A DNA stretch of 63,976 nt, the filler included, from Dimargaris cristalligena (taxonomy: Eukaryota), in assembly GCA_003614675.1 (NCBI GenBank). It is 3 parts of 3 records of this genome, joined end to end, with 100 filler letters (N's around TTAATTAATTAA, not from the genome) between each part and the next. Parts side by side here need not be neighbours in the genome. Positions count along the whole stretch, not along the records: positions 23,366 to 46,613 come from ML002613.1; positions 46,714 to 63,976 come from ML002811.1; 1 more part is not named here. One strand, 5' to 3'. Both the position numbers and the translations under genes were made by a program. How positions within the stretch are numbered: the stretch's first letter is position 1; every line of letters starts with the position of its first letter. Below are positions 36,687-49,096 of this stretch, in pieces. A model generated the notes under the pieces. That model was not told the DNA's origin, did no database searches, and was given only the letters and a program-made list of their open reading frames with translations.

Positions 36687-38790
36687 TCAGGTGGGGGGGG
36701 AAAAAGAGGCGAGAACCCAAGTAAGCCGTGCTCTAAAACTACGCTGGTGCTAGTGGAGGGTTCGGCGGGGTGTTTTGTTAAGCGACGCGGGGGAAGAGTA
36801 ATACCGTTAATGTACAACTTCGATCCACACTACATAGGGTAGGACGGCCGAGCGGAATAGGGAGAGACAGAGTGGGAAGGTCATAAAATAATATTAATAC
36901 ATTACTCTCTCTATATGTAATTAGTTGACTAAACCGAAACGCGATGACGAACGCCCGCACTGAATCATCTCCGCACTATTCGGGACGGTAGTTTCGCCAT
37001 CGTCGAGTATTCGAAAGGGGCTGCTATACTTCAACGAAACTGCAGGCCAGTAGCGCAAACCAAACCGCCGTGCCAGACTACTTCTCCAATAGTATTCGGT
37101 AACTTACCGTAAAACACTCGAAAATCACACTACGAAGGGATACTTAATGGTAAAGTAGGGTAAGCAGAAACGACGCAACGAGAAGCAAAGTCAATCCGAA
37201 AATTGAAAATGAATTATATATATAATCCGATAGATTAAACAAGAAAGAAACAACCGTGTTAATAACGAAACCAACAGCTGGAAACGACTTGTTTTGATCA
37301 TAACCATTTAGACCTTCCTTCGTTTATTGCCAATCCGCTGAAAATGACCATTCTACACACCTGCTAGAGTAGATAGGCGAGTCCCGCGTACGCGACAACT
37401 ACAGACTAACCCCACCACCCCCCTGTCGCAACCACTACTAACTCTTGGGTCGTAACGGTTGGGGATAGTACCAGGGTGCACAAAGCCAAGGAACAGCACA
37501 TGAGCGCACCATTTGACGCCTTTGCAGTTCCCCCTCCTCCATGATATACACCACTTCAACTTCCGTCCGTACCTAATAGAGTCGAATAGAATACCAAGGC
37601 AATGGCTATAGAGACATGGTTACTTGCCCCACTGTTTACAGGGCCAACCGGAGGGTATTCTTAATGGGCGGCCACCAGTTGTCGTTGTAAGCGAATGAGT
37701 TGGGATGAAGGGCTTGGTCAACATACCCGCCATTTAGTTTGATAGGCCACCTTCCCGCAAACGTTGGTGGAACAAGTGTAACACAAAGTCATCCCCCCAC
37801 TTTCCTTTCAAGCATATCAACTCATATTTAATATTTACCCCTCCTATCCATAGCCCCCAAGTAAACCCTTGAACTACCGCTAAGAAAACCACCGACATGC
37901 CCATACATGCACGCAGGTAGACCCCAACTGCGCGGAATTACTTCAACCAAACGTATAGTCAATTACGGCAACCCTACTTAATAAGTATGACTTCTATGCA
38001 GGGCCATATTCCCTTCTAATTCTTGATAAGTAGTAATTTAGTGGTGAAATCAAAACCCCCAATCAAAACAAGGTGCGAGCGGGAATGCCAGTCAACAATG
38101 GATTACGAATTGAGAATAGTTATGGAATATATTAACTAGATACCGATATTATAAAACTAAGTCGTTATTGAACTTGAAAGCAAATACTAGAATAGGGAGC
38201 TACCGAGGAATGCAAGTATGTAAATAAACGCCGGAAATGGGATAGAGATAGGAGAAATAGATAATTTAAATGATCAATTGTAAACGGAAACCAACGAAAG
38301 AAGGTGAAAAAATAAACAAAACATGCCAATAAACTGACAGCCTGAGAATGGAGCCCCGAGAATTAAAAAGAGGGGTATATGAGGGGGGGGTTACCGACCG
38401 AAAAGTGGTCAAATTCAACAATTAGTGAAAGTACAGCATATCGTGTCGCAGATAAGATAAGTAATTTCGCCTTACATTAAGCGACCCGAGTAAGGTCTTG
38501 CGGCAGGGGTAGAATAGAAAGTCAGGAAATGATGCCCAAAGCTGATTATGGGGACCTAATCACGTCGATCAGATACAGAAAGATTATAAACACATTGCTC
38601 ATGTTTCGTAACAGTCGTCATAAAATTAGGTATTGAGGGGGGGATAAGGGGGAGTTCGGGTTGGTCAGAAGGCCGAGACGATAAGGGGGGGGGGGCAAGT
38701 CACTTTCACTTCTAAGACCAGCCCTGAGATGGACGAGGTGCGACTATCTGGAACACGGGGAAAATAATGTGATCAATGGATTATATCACT

Positions 38791-41292
38791 TTAAGCCTCG
38801 GTTTTGGGGGCAGTGGGTTCGGCAGCAACAACAGCAGTTTCGACGGGAGTGGCAACTACGGGGGTCGACTCAACGACAGCAGCTTCAGCGGGGGCAGCGA
38901 CAGCATCGGCAATCACAGCGCCGGCGGCCTCGGTGGATTCCGCGGCGGGGGTCAGATCCTCGGGGAGGACGGGAACGGGTAGCACCGGGGCGCTGGTAAC
39001 GTTCTCCTCGGCGACGACGGCGGGTTCAACGACTTCCTCTTCCTTGGGCTCGGGCTCAGGGAGGGTGGCCTGGTAGTTGGCCAGGGCCTCGATCCAAGAA
39101 GTCCGCTCTTCATCAGAGTCCGCGGCGAAGCGGTAGGTACGGGCAGCAGTGACAATGTCAAAGGTGAAGGGGCGCTTGCCTTCGTCGATCTTGACAACGC
39201 CGGTGGCCTTGGTCACGTTCAAGGACTTGTGACCTTTCACATCCTTATCGCTCTTGCCGTAGGTGACCTTACCCGAATCGGTCAGGGCCACAAACCGGCG
39301 GTCGTAACCCTTCACGAACTGGCTCTGCTTGTGCAGAAACCCGGACTTAAGGGTAGTCACCTCGGGGGCGGCGACTTCCTCGATGGCGGCGGCTTCGGGA
39401 GCCTCGGCCTCCTGGGCGGTCTCGCCGGCCTCGGTAGGGGTGGCTTCGGCGGTCTCGGCCTCCTTAGGGGAAGCAGCGGCCCGTGAAGCACGGAAAGTAC
39501 CGAAACGCTTCAGAAACGAAGTGGGCTTGTTGGCGGGCTTGGCAGCCTCGGCCTCAGTCGACTCGGCAGCGGGGGCGGCCTCTCCCTCGGTGGTCTCAGC
39601 GCCCTCAGCGGGGACAGCAGCCTCCTCGGCCTTCGGGGCCTCTTCGGCGGTAGCCTCGACAGGGGCGGTGGTCACGGCTTCCTCCGTAGCAGCGGTAGCG
39701 GCCTCGGGCTGGGACTTGGTAAAGTGCAGGGGACGCAGCAGCTTGGTGAGAGTGCGCTGGATGGGAGAAGCGGCGCGAGCGGGAGACTCGGGGGCAACGA
39801 CGGCCTCTTCAGTGGCAGTGGCAGTCTCAGCGACGACTTCGGCTTCGGGGGTAGCGACGGCAGCTTCGGTAGGGACGGTCTCCTCAGTCTGGGGAACGGC
39901 TTCGGTGGCCTCGGTCGACTCAACGGCGCAGGTGTCGTCCTTGGCCTCGGCGGTGGCCTCCTCATGGGCACGCTTGGGGAAGAACTTGGAGATAAAGGTA
40001 CCGAGTTCCTTGGCCTTCAACTTAGCCTGTTCGGTAGCAGTGGGGTGAACGGGGCTAGTCTCGGTGGTTTCCGTGGGGGCAGCAGCTTCGGCTTCGATGG
40101 CGGAAACCTCAGCCTCGGCAACGGCCTCGCCAGCAGCCGGTTCGGCAGTGGGCTCTGTGGTAGCCTCAACAGCGGGGGTCTCGGCCTCAGTGGCTTCAGC
40201 GGCACGCTCTTCCTCAGCGGCGGGGACGGCTTCAGTGGGCTTCTCGTGGTCACCACGGAGGTTCTTGATAAACCGGTCAAAAGTGGCGAAGTACGAGCGA
40301 CGGCGATCAGCCTGGGGAGTAGCACCATCGGCGACCTCGGAAGCGGGGGTCTCGGCGGCATCAGTCGCTTCGGCCTCAGCTTCGGAACCAGAGAAAACCT
40401 CAGTGTCGGAGAGAACAGCCTTGGGGGTCTCCACAGCGGGGGTGACTGGGGCGGACACCTTACCAAAGGCCTTGTTCTGAGTCAGCTGGTCCAGAGTAGC
40501 CTTGAAGGACTCGTTCTCGGCCAGACTTTCGTGTTCGGCGGCGGCTTCCTGCTGGATGGTCTGAAGCCAAGACTTCAACTCCTTGTCGGAGGCGGCAGCC
40601 AACACGTATTCCCGACCGGTGGTCTTGAGGGAAAAGGCGTGAGCGCGCGCGTTCTTCTCGACGGCGGGGGAACCTTCGGCCACATGGCGCAGGTTAATGA
40701 TGCCGAGGGGGGCGTTGGTCTCCTTCTCGGACTTGTAGTAGTAGAGAAGGCCCTTGGACGAAACGGTGGCGGAGGCAATGTTAGTGAACAGGTCGTCGTT
40801 ATCTGATTCAGCGGCCTTGCCAGCAGCGGCGGCGCGGATGATTTTGCTACCCCGGTTGATATTCTTCTTGTAGACCAGGTGGAGGTCGGTCAGGGCATAG
40901 GGTTCAGAGCGCAGAGCGAAGTAACGCTTGTTCCACAGGCGCAGGGGGCGGGGACCCCGCTGCGACAGGTAGCCGGAGACAATGGGTTCAATGACTTCTT
41001 CAGCGGCTTCGGCTTCAGCAGCGGGGGCTACCTCGGGGGTTTCGACAACAGCCTCGGTGGTGTTGGCCTCGGTATCGGCGGGAGTGACAGCTTCAACAAC
41101 GGCCTCGGTGGCGGGAGCCTCAACGGCCACTTCGGCGACGGGCTCCGCAACCTTGGCCTCGACGGCCGGTTCGGCGGGGGTCTCGACGGCAGTCTGAGTC
41201 ACACCTTCGTCGGCGATGACCGAGTCGCGGTCAGCGGCCTTGGTGGAGGTCACGGGGGCGGCAACGGGGATTTCGGCTTGAACTTCAGACAT
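38791..41292 (-). CDS. 833-aa acidic Glu/Ala/Thr/Pro-rich protein with two PH domains (Meu6-like N-terminal PH)
   Basis: PH1: VSGYLSQRGPRPLRLWNKRYFAL...GLLYYYK...PLGIINL...FSLKTTGREYVLAAAS..E..SWLQTI. PH2: KSGFLHKQSQFVKGYDRRFVAL...FDIVTAARTYRFAADS..ER.SWIEAL. Strong GC3 bias and GCC-ATG start. Confidence 0.88.
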   Translation of the reverse strand: MSEVQAEIPVAAPVTSTKAADRDSVIADEGVTQTAVETPAEPAVEAKVAEPVAEVAVEAPATEAVVEAVTPADTEANTTEAVVETPEVAPAAEAEAAEEVIEPIVSGYLSQRGPRPLRLWNKRYFALRSEPYALTDLHLVYKKNINRGSKIIRAAAAGKAAESDNDDLFTNIASATVSSKGLLYYYKSEKETNAPLGIINLRHVAEGSPAVEKNARAHAFSLKTTGREYVLAAASDKELKSWLQTIQQEAAAEHESLAENESFKATLDQLTQNKAFGKVSAPVTPAVETPKAVLSDTEVFSGSEAEAEATDAAETPASEVADGATPQADRRRSYFATFDRFIKNLRGDHEKPTEAVPAAEEERAAEATEAETPAVEATTEPTAEPAAGEAVAEAEVSAIEAEAAAPTETTETSPVHPTATEQAKLKAKELGTFISKFFPKRAHEEATAEAKDDTCAVESTEATEAVPQTEETVPTEAAVATPEAEVVAETATATEEAVVAPESPARAASPIQRTLTKLLRPLHFTKSQPEAATAATEEAVTTAPVEATAEEAPKAEEAAVPAEGAETTEGEAAPAAESTEAEAAKPANKPTSFLKRFGTFRASRAAASPKEAETAEATPTEAGETAQEAEAPEAAAIEEVAAPEVTTLKSGFLHKQSQFVKGYDRRFVALTDSGKVTYGKSDKDVKGHKSLNVTKATGVVKIDEGKRPFTFDIVTAARTYRFAADSDEERTSWIEALANYQATLPEPEPKEEEVVEPAVVAEENVTSAPVLPVPVLPEDLTPAAESTEAAGAVIADAVAAPAEAAVVESTPVVATPVETAVVAAEPTAPKTEA

Positions 41293-42926
41293 GGCTATTA
41301 TGATTTGTTTTGACCGGATGTGGTAATTATGGGGTCGATTAAAACTTTACAGATGTAACAGGACCAACAATGTACCTGTTGCGGAGGGGGTAATGTAAGG
41401 ACAATGGGGGAGATATGAAAGAGGAATATAAGATGCGTTAGTCAGGAGAGCGCTTACGTTATAATTATACTGGCAGTGAAAATTCAGAATAGCCAAATAA
41501 ACGGCTTGGCCTAGCAATATAGCCAAAGGAAAGCCAGGGGCAGGAGTGGGAAAAGAGTAAGAGATTGACGTAGGGGGGATGAAAAATGATATACGTAAAC
41601 AAAAGGCTGCTCTACATCATCCGACCCGAGGGCCTGTCACGCCCTGGTCTATATATTATTTCCAGCCGACCAGGCGCGCGGCCAGGTTGCGCAGAGATAG
41701 ACCGGCTCTTGGGGAATTTTTGGGACTCAGTGGCCCAGGTAAAAATAGAAGCAGCTGCGGCTTCGAACCATCGTTCGGTAGTACCGCGTCGCTGGGAATG
41801 GTCACTCATTAAGCTTCGCAGATCCATAAAGGGATATGCTGGAGGCGACTGGTGCTGCTTTTACTGTCCCCGATGTGTCACAGCTACTTATAAATGGATG
41901 TTATCCTTACCTTGTGATACCCGAGAGTTATACTTCGTCAAATCGGTGGCGGAGGAGGAAGGTCAGCAGGTCGGGAACGGGGACTGCAGAGATATCAATA
42001 ATTTAGGACAGGTTGGGGCCGACGACAGGATTGCGCATTTATCAACAGGTGGGAAACAATACCCGACCAATGAAATGGGAGGGCAGTGGTGCAGGGCGGG
42101 TGAGCACAAGACGGACAATCATGACGGGGTTAGTATATATATGAATATTAAATCATTGGCCTCGGGCAAGGAATAGTAGAGTAAGTGACCAATCCACGGG
42201 GGTTTTACCGCGCGAGAAGCCGGGTCCTTTGCTTGCCCCTTTTACTACAGAAAGGACTGAACTTGGTCGAGCTTCTTTGGCTGTTGCAGCTGAGCCGTTG
42301 TATTAAGGCGGCTGACTGCAATAATACAGGTGTATGCTACAGTTAAAAGTACGTACGGGTTTGGTAGATGACCAGGTTATTAGTATTTGGCGGGGTTAAT
42401 GGATAAGCAGGCGGGGGCGGGATGAGATGAAGATGAGGGGAAGTAAGTTCGTTCGTTAAGTTCGCCAGTAACACGAGTGGTTAAAGGGGGAGGGGAGTTA
42501 TAAACAACAGTAAGCGAGGGGGTGGCACTAGTAAAAAAGAAGCGCAAAATAAAAAGTGTATGCAGACAGACAAAAGAGGCTTAATGGGGCCAGGGAAAGG
42601 CCTGCAATTATAAAGGATTCCGGCGGGGAAGCGCGAGTGAGAGCATACAGCCAATCTGTCCAACTGGGCTTGCGCGAAAGAGGCCGCCGCATACATAGTT
42701 AGTTAGCCCTCGCCTCTTCTTTGGGCTTGACTTGGTGAAGTGCGGTTGGCTGGATGTGCAATGCTGATTCTCGCACTTCGCTCGCACTGATTGAGCCTAC
42801 CATGACGATTCATTGAGTCTAAACACTACTCTAATATACGCTGGCCGTACGCTTCTTCACGAGGACCGTCTGAGCTTCCAAATGATTCGCCGCTTCCTTT
42901 ATTTTTGATGAGCGACGGCTACGCTC

Positions 42927-42946
42927 CTCTCTCTCTCTCTCTCTCT
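42927..42946. repeat. (CT)n microsatellite
   Basis: About 10 CT units visible. Confidence 0.85.
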
Positions 42947-45900
42947 CCCTCTTTCCCGTTCTCGCCGCCGCCTCCATTCGCCGTTCCAGTCAATTAAGTG
43001 GCTCTGTTTATAATATATTAGAGAGATATATAAAAATATCCTCTCCTCAACTAAGATGCGACACATACACCTCTATATACATACACACACACGCGCACAC
43101 TGGCCTTCATTTCAGGTTCCCCTCAACCACTGGCCACTGTGGAATTCCCATTGACTACTACTGGGCGAATGGCTGCGATGGGTATCACTGAATGACGACG
43201 AGAGGGAGGGGGGGGAATGGAGGAACAATCCAACGTGAAAGTCGGTAACTCATTTAGCTTTGTTGTGGTTTCCGTTTGCTTGCTTGCTCGGGTTTGGGAG
43301 CGTCGTTGGGCGGGGAATACCAACCTATTTCATATCCCCGTTTCAACGCCACAATACTGTATCTTATTTTTTGCAAAGGATCCAGCTGTACGGTTAGCTG
43401 CTGCTCTAGATTACAACCCCAGGAGGCCCCCGAAGAGAGCCCCTTTGGCTCTTCACCCCCTTCCGCACCGCTCCTGCGCAGCCAAACAATAATATGTCCG
43501 TGAATCGTTGGTTGGCTATTGAAATGATGGCCGCCGGACCTTTGCTTTGACAATTGCCAATGACTGGCCTCAGCTATAGCTTTGGCTCTGGCATCCCGTA
43601 ATGTAGACGCTAGGTGGCCCAATTCAATGGGCATTATGACCAATGGAAGATACTGGAGCGGGAAACTGGCCTGTAGCCCGGGTCGCATTGGTGTGCTAAG
43701 GGGGCGCCATTTAGATTGTTTTTTTTTGGGGGGGGAGGAGGCAGTCGGTTATAAATACCGCCAACGAATCTGAGAGGGGTTGGGTAATGGGGATTATTTG
43801 GGCCTATTATCACCAAATACCAAGCCCTTGATGGCCAATTGTGCAGCTGCGTTGTATATATGGTCAGCGCAGCACTTCGCTTAGGAAAATTTCGAACTCA
43901 ACTCTTGGAAAGGATGATTCTCGCATCTATTTGTGTAATTCGGATATGAGTAGCTCACGGACGAGATGGATGGTCGGGTCATTTAATAACCAACGTCTTT
44001 CGCTACGGGGAGGGGGCTGAACTAGTCTCCAGGGATGTCGAATGTAACCCTAGTCCACTGATTATGCGATTTCTCCGAGCGCTATTCTCAGCCCCAGTCT
44101 TAATCTTTGTATGGTATCTACAGCGCTAGTGTACCAAAGTACTGCCCAACTAAAATATATGATTGACCCCCTCCCAAACTCCCCAGCCCAGTATTGGTAG
44201 ACTGGAGAACCAGACTGAAATCTGGCCATCACCCACCCACCATCCGACGATCCGACACCAGCCCAATGAAGCCCCACCAGGTTCGCTATTATGAATCAAG
44301 GGGAAAGGGGGGGAGGGGAGTAAGAATGTTCACTAATTCGGAGGGAGGGATACTATTTTACCTCCTGGTTCCCCTAGCGATACTCCCCTGCCATCCCGTT
44401 GCCATTTACACTTTCCCCGGCCGGCTTCAATATTGCCGGTCCAGTGTGGTTAACCCCACGCATTGGCTTATAATGGAGTGTGAAAGAAATGGGCTTTGAC
44501 AACCTTCTTTGGCTCGAGCAAAAGTCACCATTGTGTCGTTGCTATATATTCACCTCACTCACACACCTTGTATATTCTACACACAGTGCCAGATATACTC
44601 TCTCACACCGGGTGAGTCATGGGCTGTGTATTGAAGCTTAAGCGTTTGGCCTATTCGCCATTTCCATCTGGATAGGTGAGGTGGAGAAGTCGTTGGATTA
44701 TATCTCGGCCGGCGGCAGTGCGGATGATGCGCACACTTGATATTACCTTATTAGGTTCACCAGGCCAATACCCCATGTGTATGCTCCAGGGATCGGCGGC
44801 CTACCTCCCAAACGGCAAGTCGGATCCTTGGATGGGAGCCATTGCGAATTTTCGCGGCTCCTGTTTTTTATATAAATATATATATATATAAATGAAAAAA
44901 TAAAATTAATATGCATACTGATACTCCCTTCCCAATACGCTCGTCGACGGAGTTGGCAGTGGTACCGGTCAACCTGAAGTGATCATCGGCACTCTTCATG
45001 GATGGGGAGCGTCAGTAGCACGCCTGGCCACTGTCTCATTCCACCAAGCCCGTTAATTCGTGATTTAGGCACTCGATAATTACATTATAGGTGGTATCGA
45101 CGCCCACTAGCACCATTTGGGACTCCGCCCCATCTTAACTGGTTTCCCCTGATGGACTGAAGCAAAGTGAAACGGGAGAAGGCGCGCCGACTTGTCGAAT
45201 CATAGGGATGGGCGTCATAAATCCAAGTTACCGCCAGGTGGGCCAATTGAGAAGCGGGGATCCTCTGACTGAGCGACCAGCCCCGAATAGGGCGATGCAG
45301 TGCCTTGGCCAGAGCGATCCTTTGCTAATGGTGTCCATCCACTTTGGACTTGTGCTCCGCCAAAGGGTGGGTAGTACCACGAAAGGCTTAATACTGGCCT
45401 CTAAGTCGTAAATCTGAATACCGTTGAGCGCTTTTCTCTGAATTGCCCGAATCGCGGCGTGGACTTCGGCACAAATTTTGGATATCCTTGGCGTTGGGGA
45501 TTCGGCGCAATGCCCCCATCATTGTAACGCCCAATACGTTAACCCGGTCCATCCCTACCCAAAGTCGGGCCCTGTTCATACCTTTGCCAATTGAGTGATT
45601 TAACTATACGACTCGGCCGCTGCCGCCTTCAACTTCCTTCCCCCTCTCCCCTCCTGTAAGGGGTTGGCGCGAAATATTTTCCACTGTGCGGGAAGGGGTC
45701 GAGTCAGGGACACTCCCGTGGCCTGCATCGACATCCTGCACTTACGCTTATTTATTTGTATCTCTCTATTTCTCTCTCTAGAGAACGTTTATAACTAGAA
45801 GGTATCCCAACCACAACAGTAGGGGCATGTCTTTGCTTTCATAACAATGCAGTAAAGGGCATGGTTGATATGGGCTTGGACTTAATGCAGGTCCCTGATC

Positions 45901-46613
45901 ATTTGATGTTGGGTTATTTTTATCCCCAATTACAGTGGTCCATTCGTCCGGATAGTGCAGTGAGACATTCCTCTAGGAGACTAGTTGCCTCCCCTGAATC
46001 AAAACATTCGGATCTAGCCAGTTCTTTTAGATTGTTTTTGTTTTTTTAATATATAGAATATCGATATTTTCTCTCAGCTACCCCACCTCACAGTGTAGTC
46101 ACAGTATATACCTGTTAAGCTTATAGTTTGGTATTTGTAGTGGTGATATGGGGACACCCCATCACTCGGTGGGTAATGGGCTATCAGTGGACATGCATCA
46201 TCCAGATGGGCGAGGCTCAGTCGGGCGGTACACCAAATAATACATCTCGTCATATGGATTTTACTGGTAGACAGCAAATTTCCCATACGGTTTCCTATTA
46301 GCATTTATTTCAAAGCTTTATACGGCTGTACTGAACTTCAGCATTATACTTGAGTGGGCCAGCTGTCATATGTGTACGTGTCCTTGGGGTATATATAACC
46401 CTAATCATTGAAATACCCAAGTTTGGTGGCAAACTAGCAAGGTATCGGCTATGCTGGCTGCAAACTTATATTTTTTGGAATGACATTACATATTGTCGCC
46501 CCTCCTAATCCGTCCTAATCCAACCGATATGACCGCCGTCATATCAGGCCGTATAACGCCATATTGTACCCCCCGGCCCTAACCAGGCCGAACATCATTG
46601 ATAGCCCCTTAAC

Positions 46614-46713
46614 NNNNNNNNNNNNNNNNNNNNNNNNNNNNNNNNNNNNNNNNNNNNTTAATTAATTAANNNNNNNNNNNNNNNNNNNNNNNNNNNNNNN
46701 NNNNNNNNNNNNN
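46614..46713. other. Assembly gap (100 nt) containing TTAATTAATTAA linker
   Basis: N run with the linker at 46658-46669. Confidence 0.97.
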
Positions 46714-47103
46714 TTACTGTGCTGTGCTGCTGACAAGAGGGGGGGGGGGGGCCCCCCCCCCCGGGGGGGGGGAATTCCCATTTTTTGGCCCCGCTTGGCT
46801 AATGGGGGGGGTTAACTGCCTTTGGGTTATGCTTTGGCGGGATTTCCTTCATCCTAGCCTTCTATGGGTAAAAACTACTTTGATAATCGTGCCATTCGAT
46901 TAACTTTGCCTTTCAAAGATCAGTCTATCCCTCCTTACCGACTTCGGCCCCCCTCACGTACTCACCGCCCATCGGTACCCTTTTAGTTATAGCCAGTTTT
47001 GTGGTTCTGTCTTGGTCTACTCCGCACCTCTGTTTGTTACAATAGCAACCATCGAACCACCACCCCCCTAACGCCCAATCTTTGCACCCCCTTTTGGCCC
47101 AGG

Positions 47104-48085
47104 ATGAGTACTGCTTCCGGAAACGAAGTTGAGTTGCTGGAATTCCGGCTACGTCAGCTGGAAACCCTGCTCCTAGTAACCCAAGAAAGGGCCGCTGTTG
47201 ACCAGGCCAACTCCTCTGAACGACACCTTACCTCTCGGTTAGCCGCCCTCGAGACCCAATTCCGGCATCATACCAAGCGGAACTTTTCAATCGATGAGTT
47301 TATTCAAAAATGTAGGTTATATGATATTGCCAAGAACGTAGACGGCAATCCCCTATGGTTCGGAAAGAGTATCCTCCCCTCGACTATCTGCGGAACTGGC
47401 CGCCTTCTACGCATATAATTGTTCTTTTTTTCCCGAGGTAACTAACCGACTAATTACATACTCATGTACCCTCGTTCCCGACCGATATAAACACCAGACG
47501 AGGCCATGAAGCCCTTTCTCGACAATCACAGCCTCGAGATGGAAGCCGAGCGCCTGCCCGCCGAAGCCAAACTGGAGATCCTGATGAGTTCAGAAACCGA
47601 ACTGACCCAGGTATGCCAGCAGCTGGCTGAATTAGAGCCGCTGCAGAAGTACGTTAATCCGCCTGAGTTTGGCAAAGCCGCGCAATGCGCCCCGGCGGTG
47701 GAGGAATTGGTCACTAAGCATCGCAGCCAGGCCCAGGAGCACCAATCGGCATCTCAGCAGTTACTTCAGATCATCGATGCCTACAACACCACCGTAAGTA
47801 CCTGCTGAGTTTTGGGAATTTAAAGATGGGCGCCATGGGTTGTGTGTCAATTGAGTTGTCTAGCATTTGTCAATTAATATATACATTACCTATGGAGTTA
47901 TTTCTACATTGAGTCATTTACTGCATGGTCCGCCTGATTGATGATCCGGGACTTATTCTAATATAATATCCATTATGTATGTACAACTTGAACAGGTTAA
48001 CTCCCTTTCGGAAATGTTTCTGACGTGGGACGGCACCCTGGCGGAAATCGAAGGCCAAATCAGGGCCCTCGAGAAGAAACCCTAG
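47104..48085 (+). CDS. Dynactin subunit 3 (p22/p24, DCTN3)-like coiled-coil protein; exons 47104-47311, 47498-47793, 47996-48085
   Basis: LEFRLRQLETLL, FIQKYEAM..FL, AKLEILM...L..LE.LQKYVN, YNTTVNSLSEMFLTWD..L..IE fits the DCTN3 pattern. Two GT-AG introns are in phase. Confidence 0.75.
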
Positions 48086-48839
48086 CGGAATAGCCTATTG
48101 ACTATGTGTATTTCTAAGATGGGATCGGTTTTGTGTACTTCGAGTACAGGTGGTATATTTTAATTATGTTAACCCGATCTCCAGAGACTCGGCATTAAAT
48201 GTGTTGTTGTGGTACATCGGCCGCCGCTAATAGGAGGTAGCAGAATCACTGAAGTCCAAGGGAGAATATTAGGTGTAAGGGTTGGTAATATTATGAATCG
48301 AGCGGGCGGGCATTTGCAGTGTATTTAACGAGACTTTGCCGATCACCAAGGTGCCTCTGTCTGTCCGTTCGCTTTGCGGGCGAGCAAGAATGGAAATTCA
48401 ACTTGGTTTTAGAAGGAGGAATACTAGTTAGTGCTGGCACGTGAGAGAGGGGATGGTTCTAATGAATGGATGGAGAGGAGAGAAGGGGGGCACGTCACGT
48501 TTCCGTCCCTCTCTATTATATTACCAGCCCTTCTTTCTAATGACAAGGCGGTAAAGGGAAATCAGGTCGTGTATAGTATAAAGTACTTACTTGGTTAGGA
48601 CTTCCTTCTCTAACATGTGATAGGAGAGAAAACGATAGGCCCATTTATACATGCATTGGCTGATAGGAAAGGGATAGCAGGGGAACCACCACCACCAATG
48701 TCGCTGGAGCTAGTCAAGAACCGCCGAGGGCGAGTCACAAGCGAAATACTGGCGGAGGGTAGTCGTCTCGCCGCGCTCTTTAACAGGTATTGTCCCCAAC
48801 CACCCTGGCCCGCACACATGCCTATATGCATATATGCAT

Positions 48840-48862
48840 CTATATATATATATATATATATA
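48840..48862. repeat. (TA)n microsatellite upstream of the acyl-CoA dehydrogenase
   Basis: About 11 TA units. Similar runs lie near 44876-44890 and 50408-50427. Confidence 0.85.
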
Positions 48863-49096
48863 TTTGGCCCGGAATAGAAGAGGCTGAAAGTTCCCGTAGT
48901 GTTACTGCCGTCGGCTCTATTGTTTTATCGTCCTCCTGCCCTCTCTCTCTTTCTTGCCAAAGACTGTATAACTCTTCTTACCTCTCCTTACTCTTTTAGT
49001 ATATTCTATCTCAGACCTCTCTTTTCCTTTTCCACTGCCTTCTAAGCCATCCTTGCCAGCCCCCCTCCCATTTATACATTCATACATTCGGTTACC

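Noticed and set aside
42222..42260. U5 snRNA loop-1-like CCTTTTAC within a short stem
   Set aside because: The loop deviates from the invariant GCCUUUUAC and no Sm site follows.
46739..46780. G13-C11-G10 run resembling a G-quadruplex or hairpin
   Set aside because: Lies at a contig end beside a gap and is probably low-quality homopolymer-inflated sequence.
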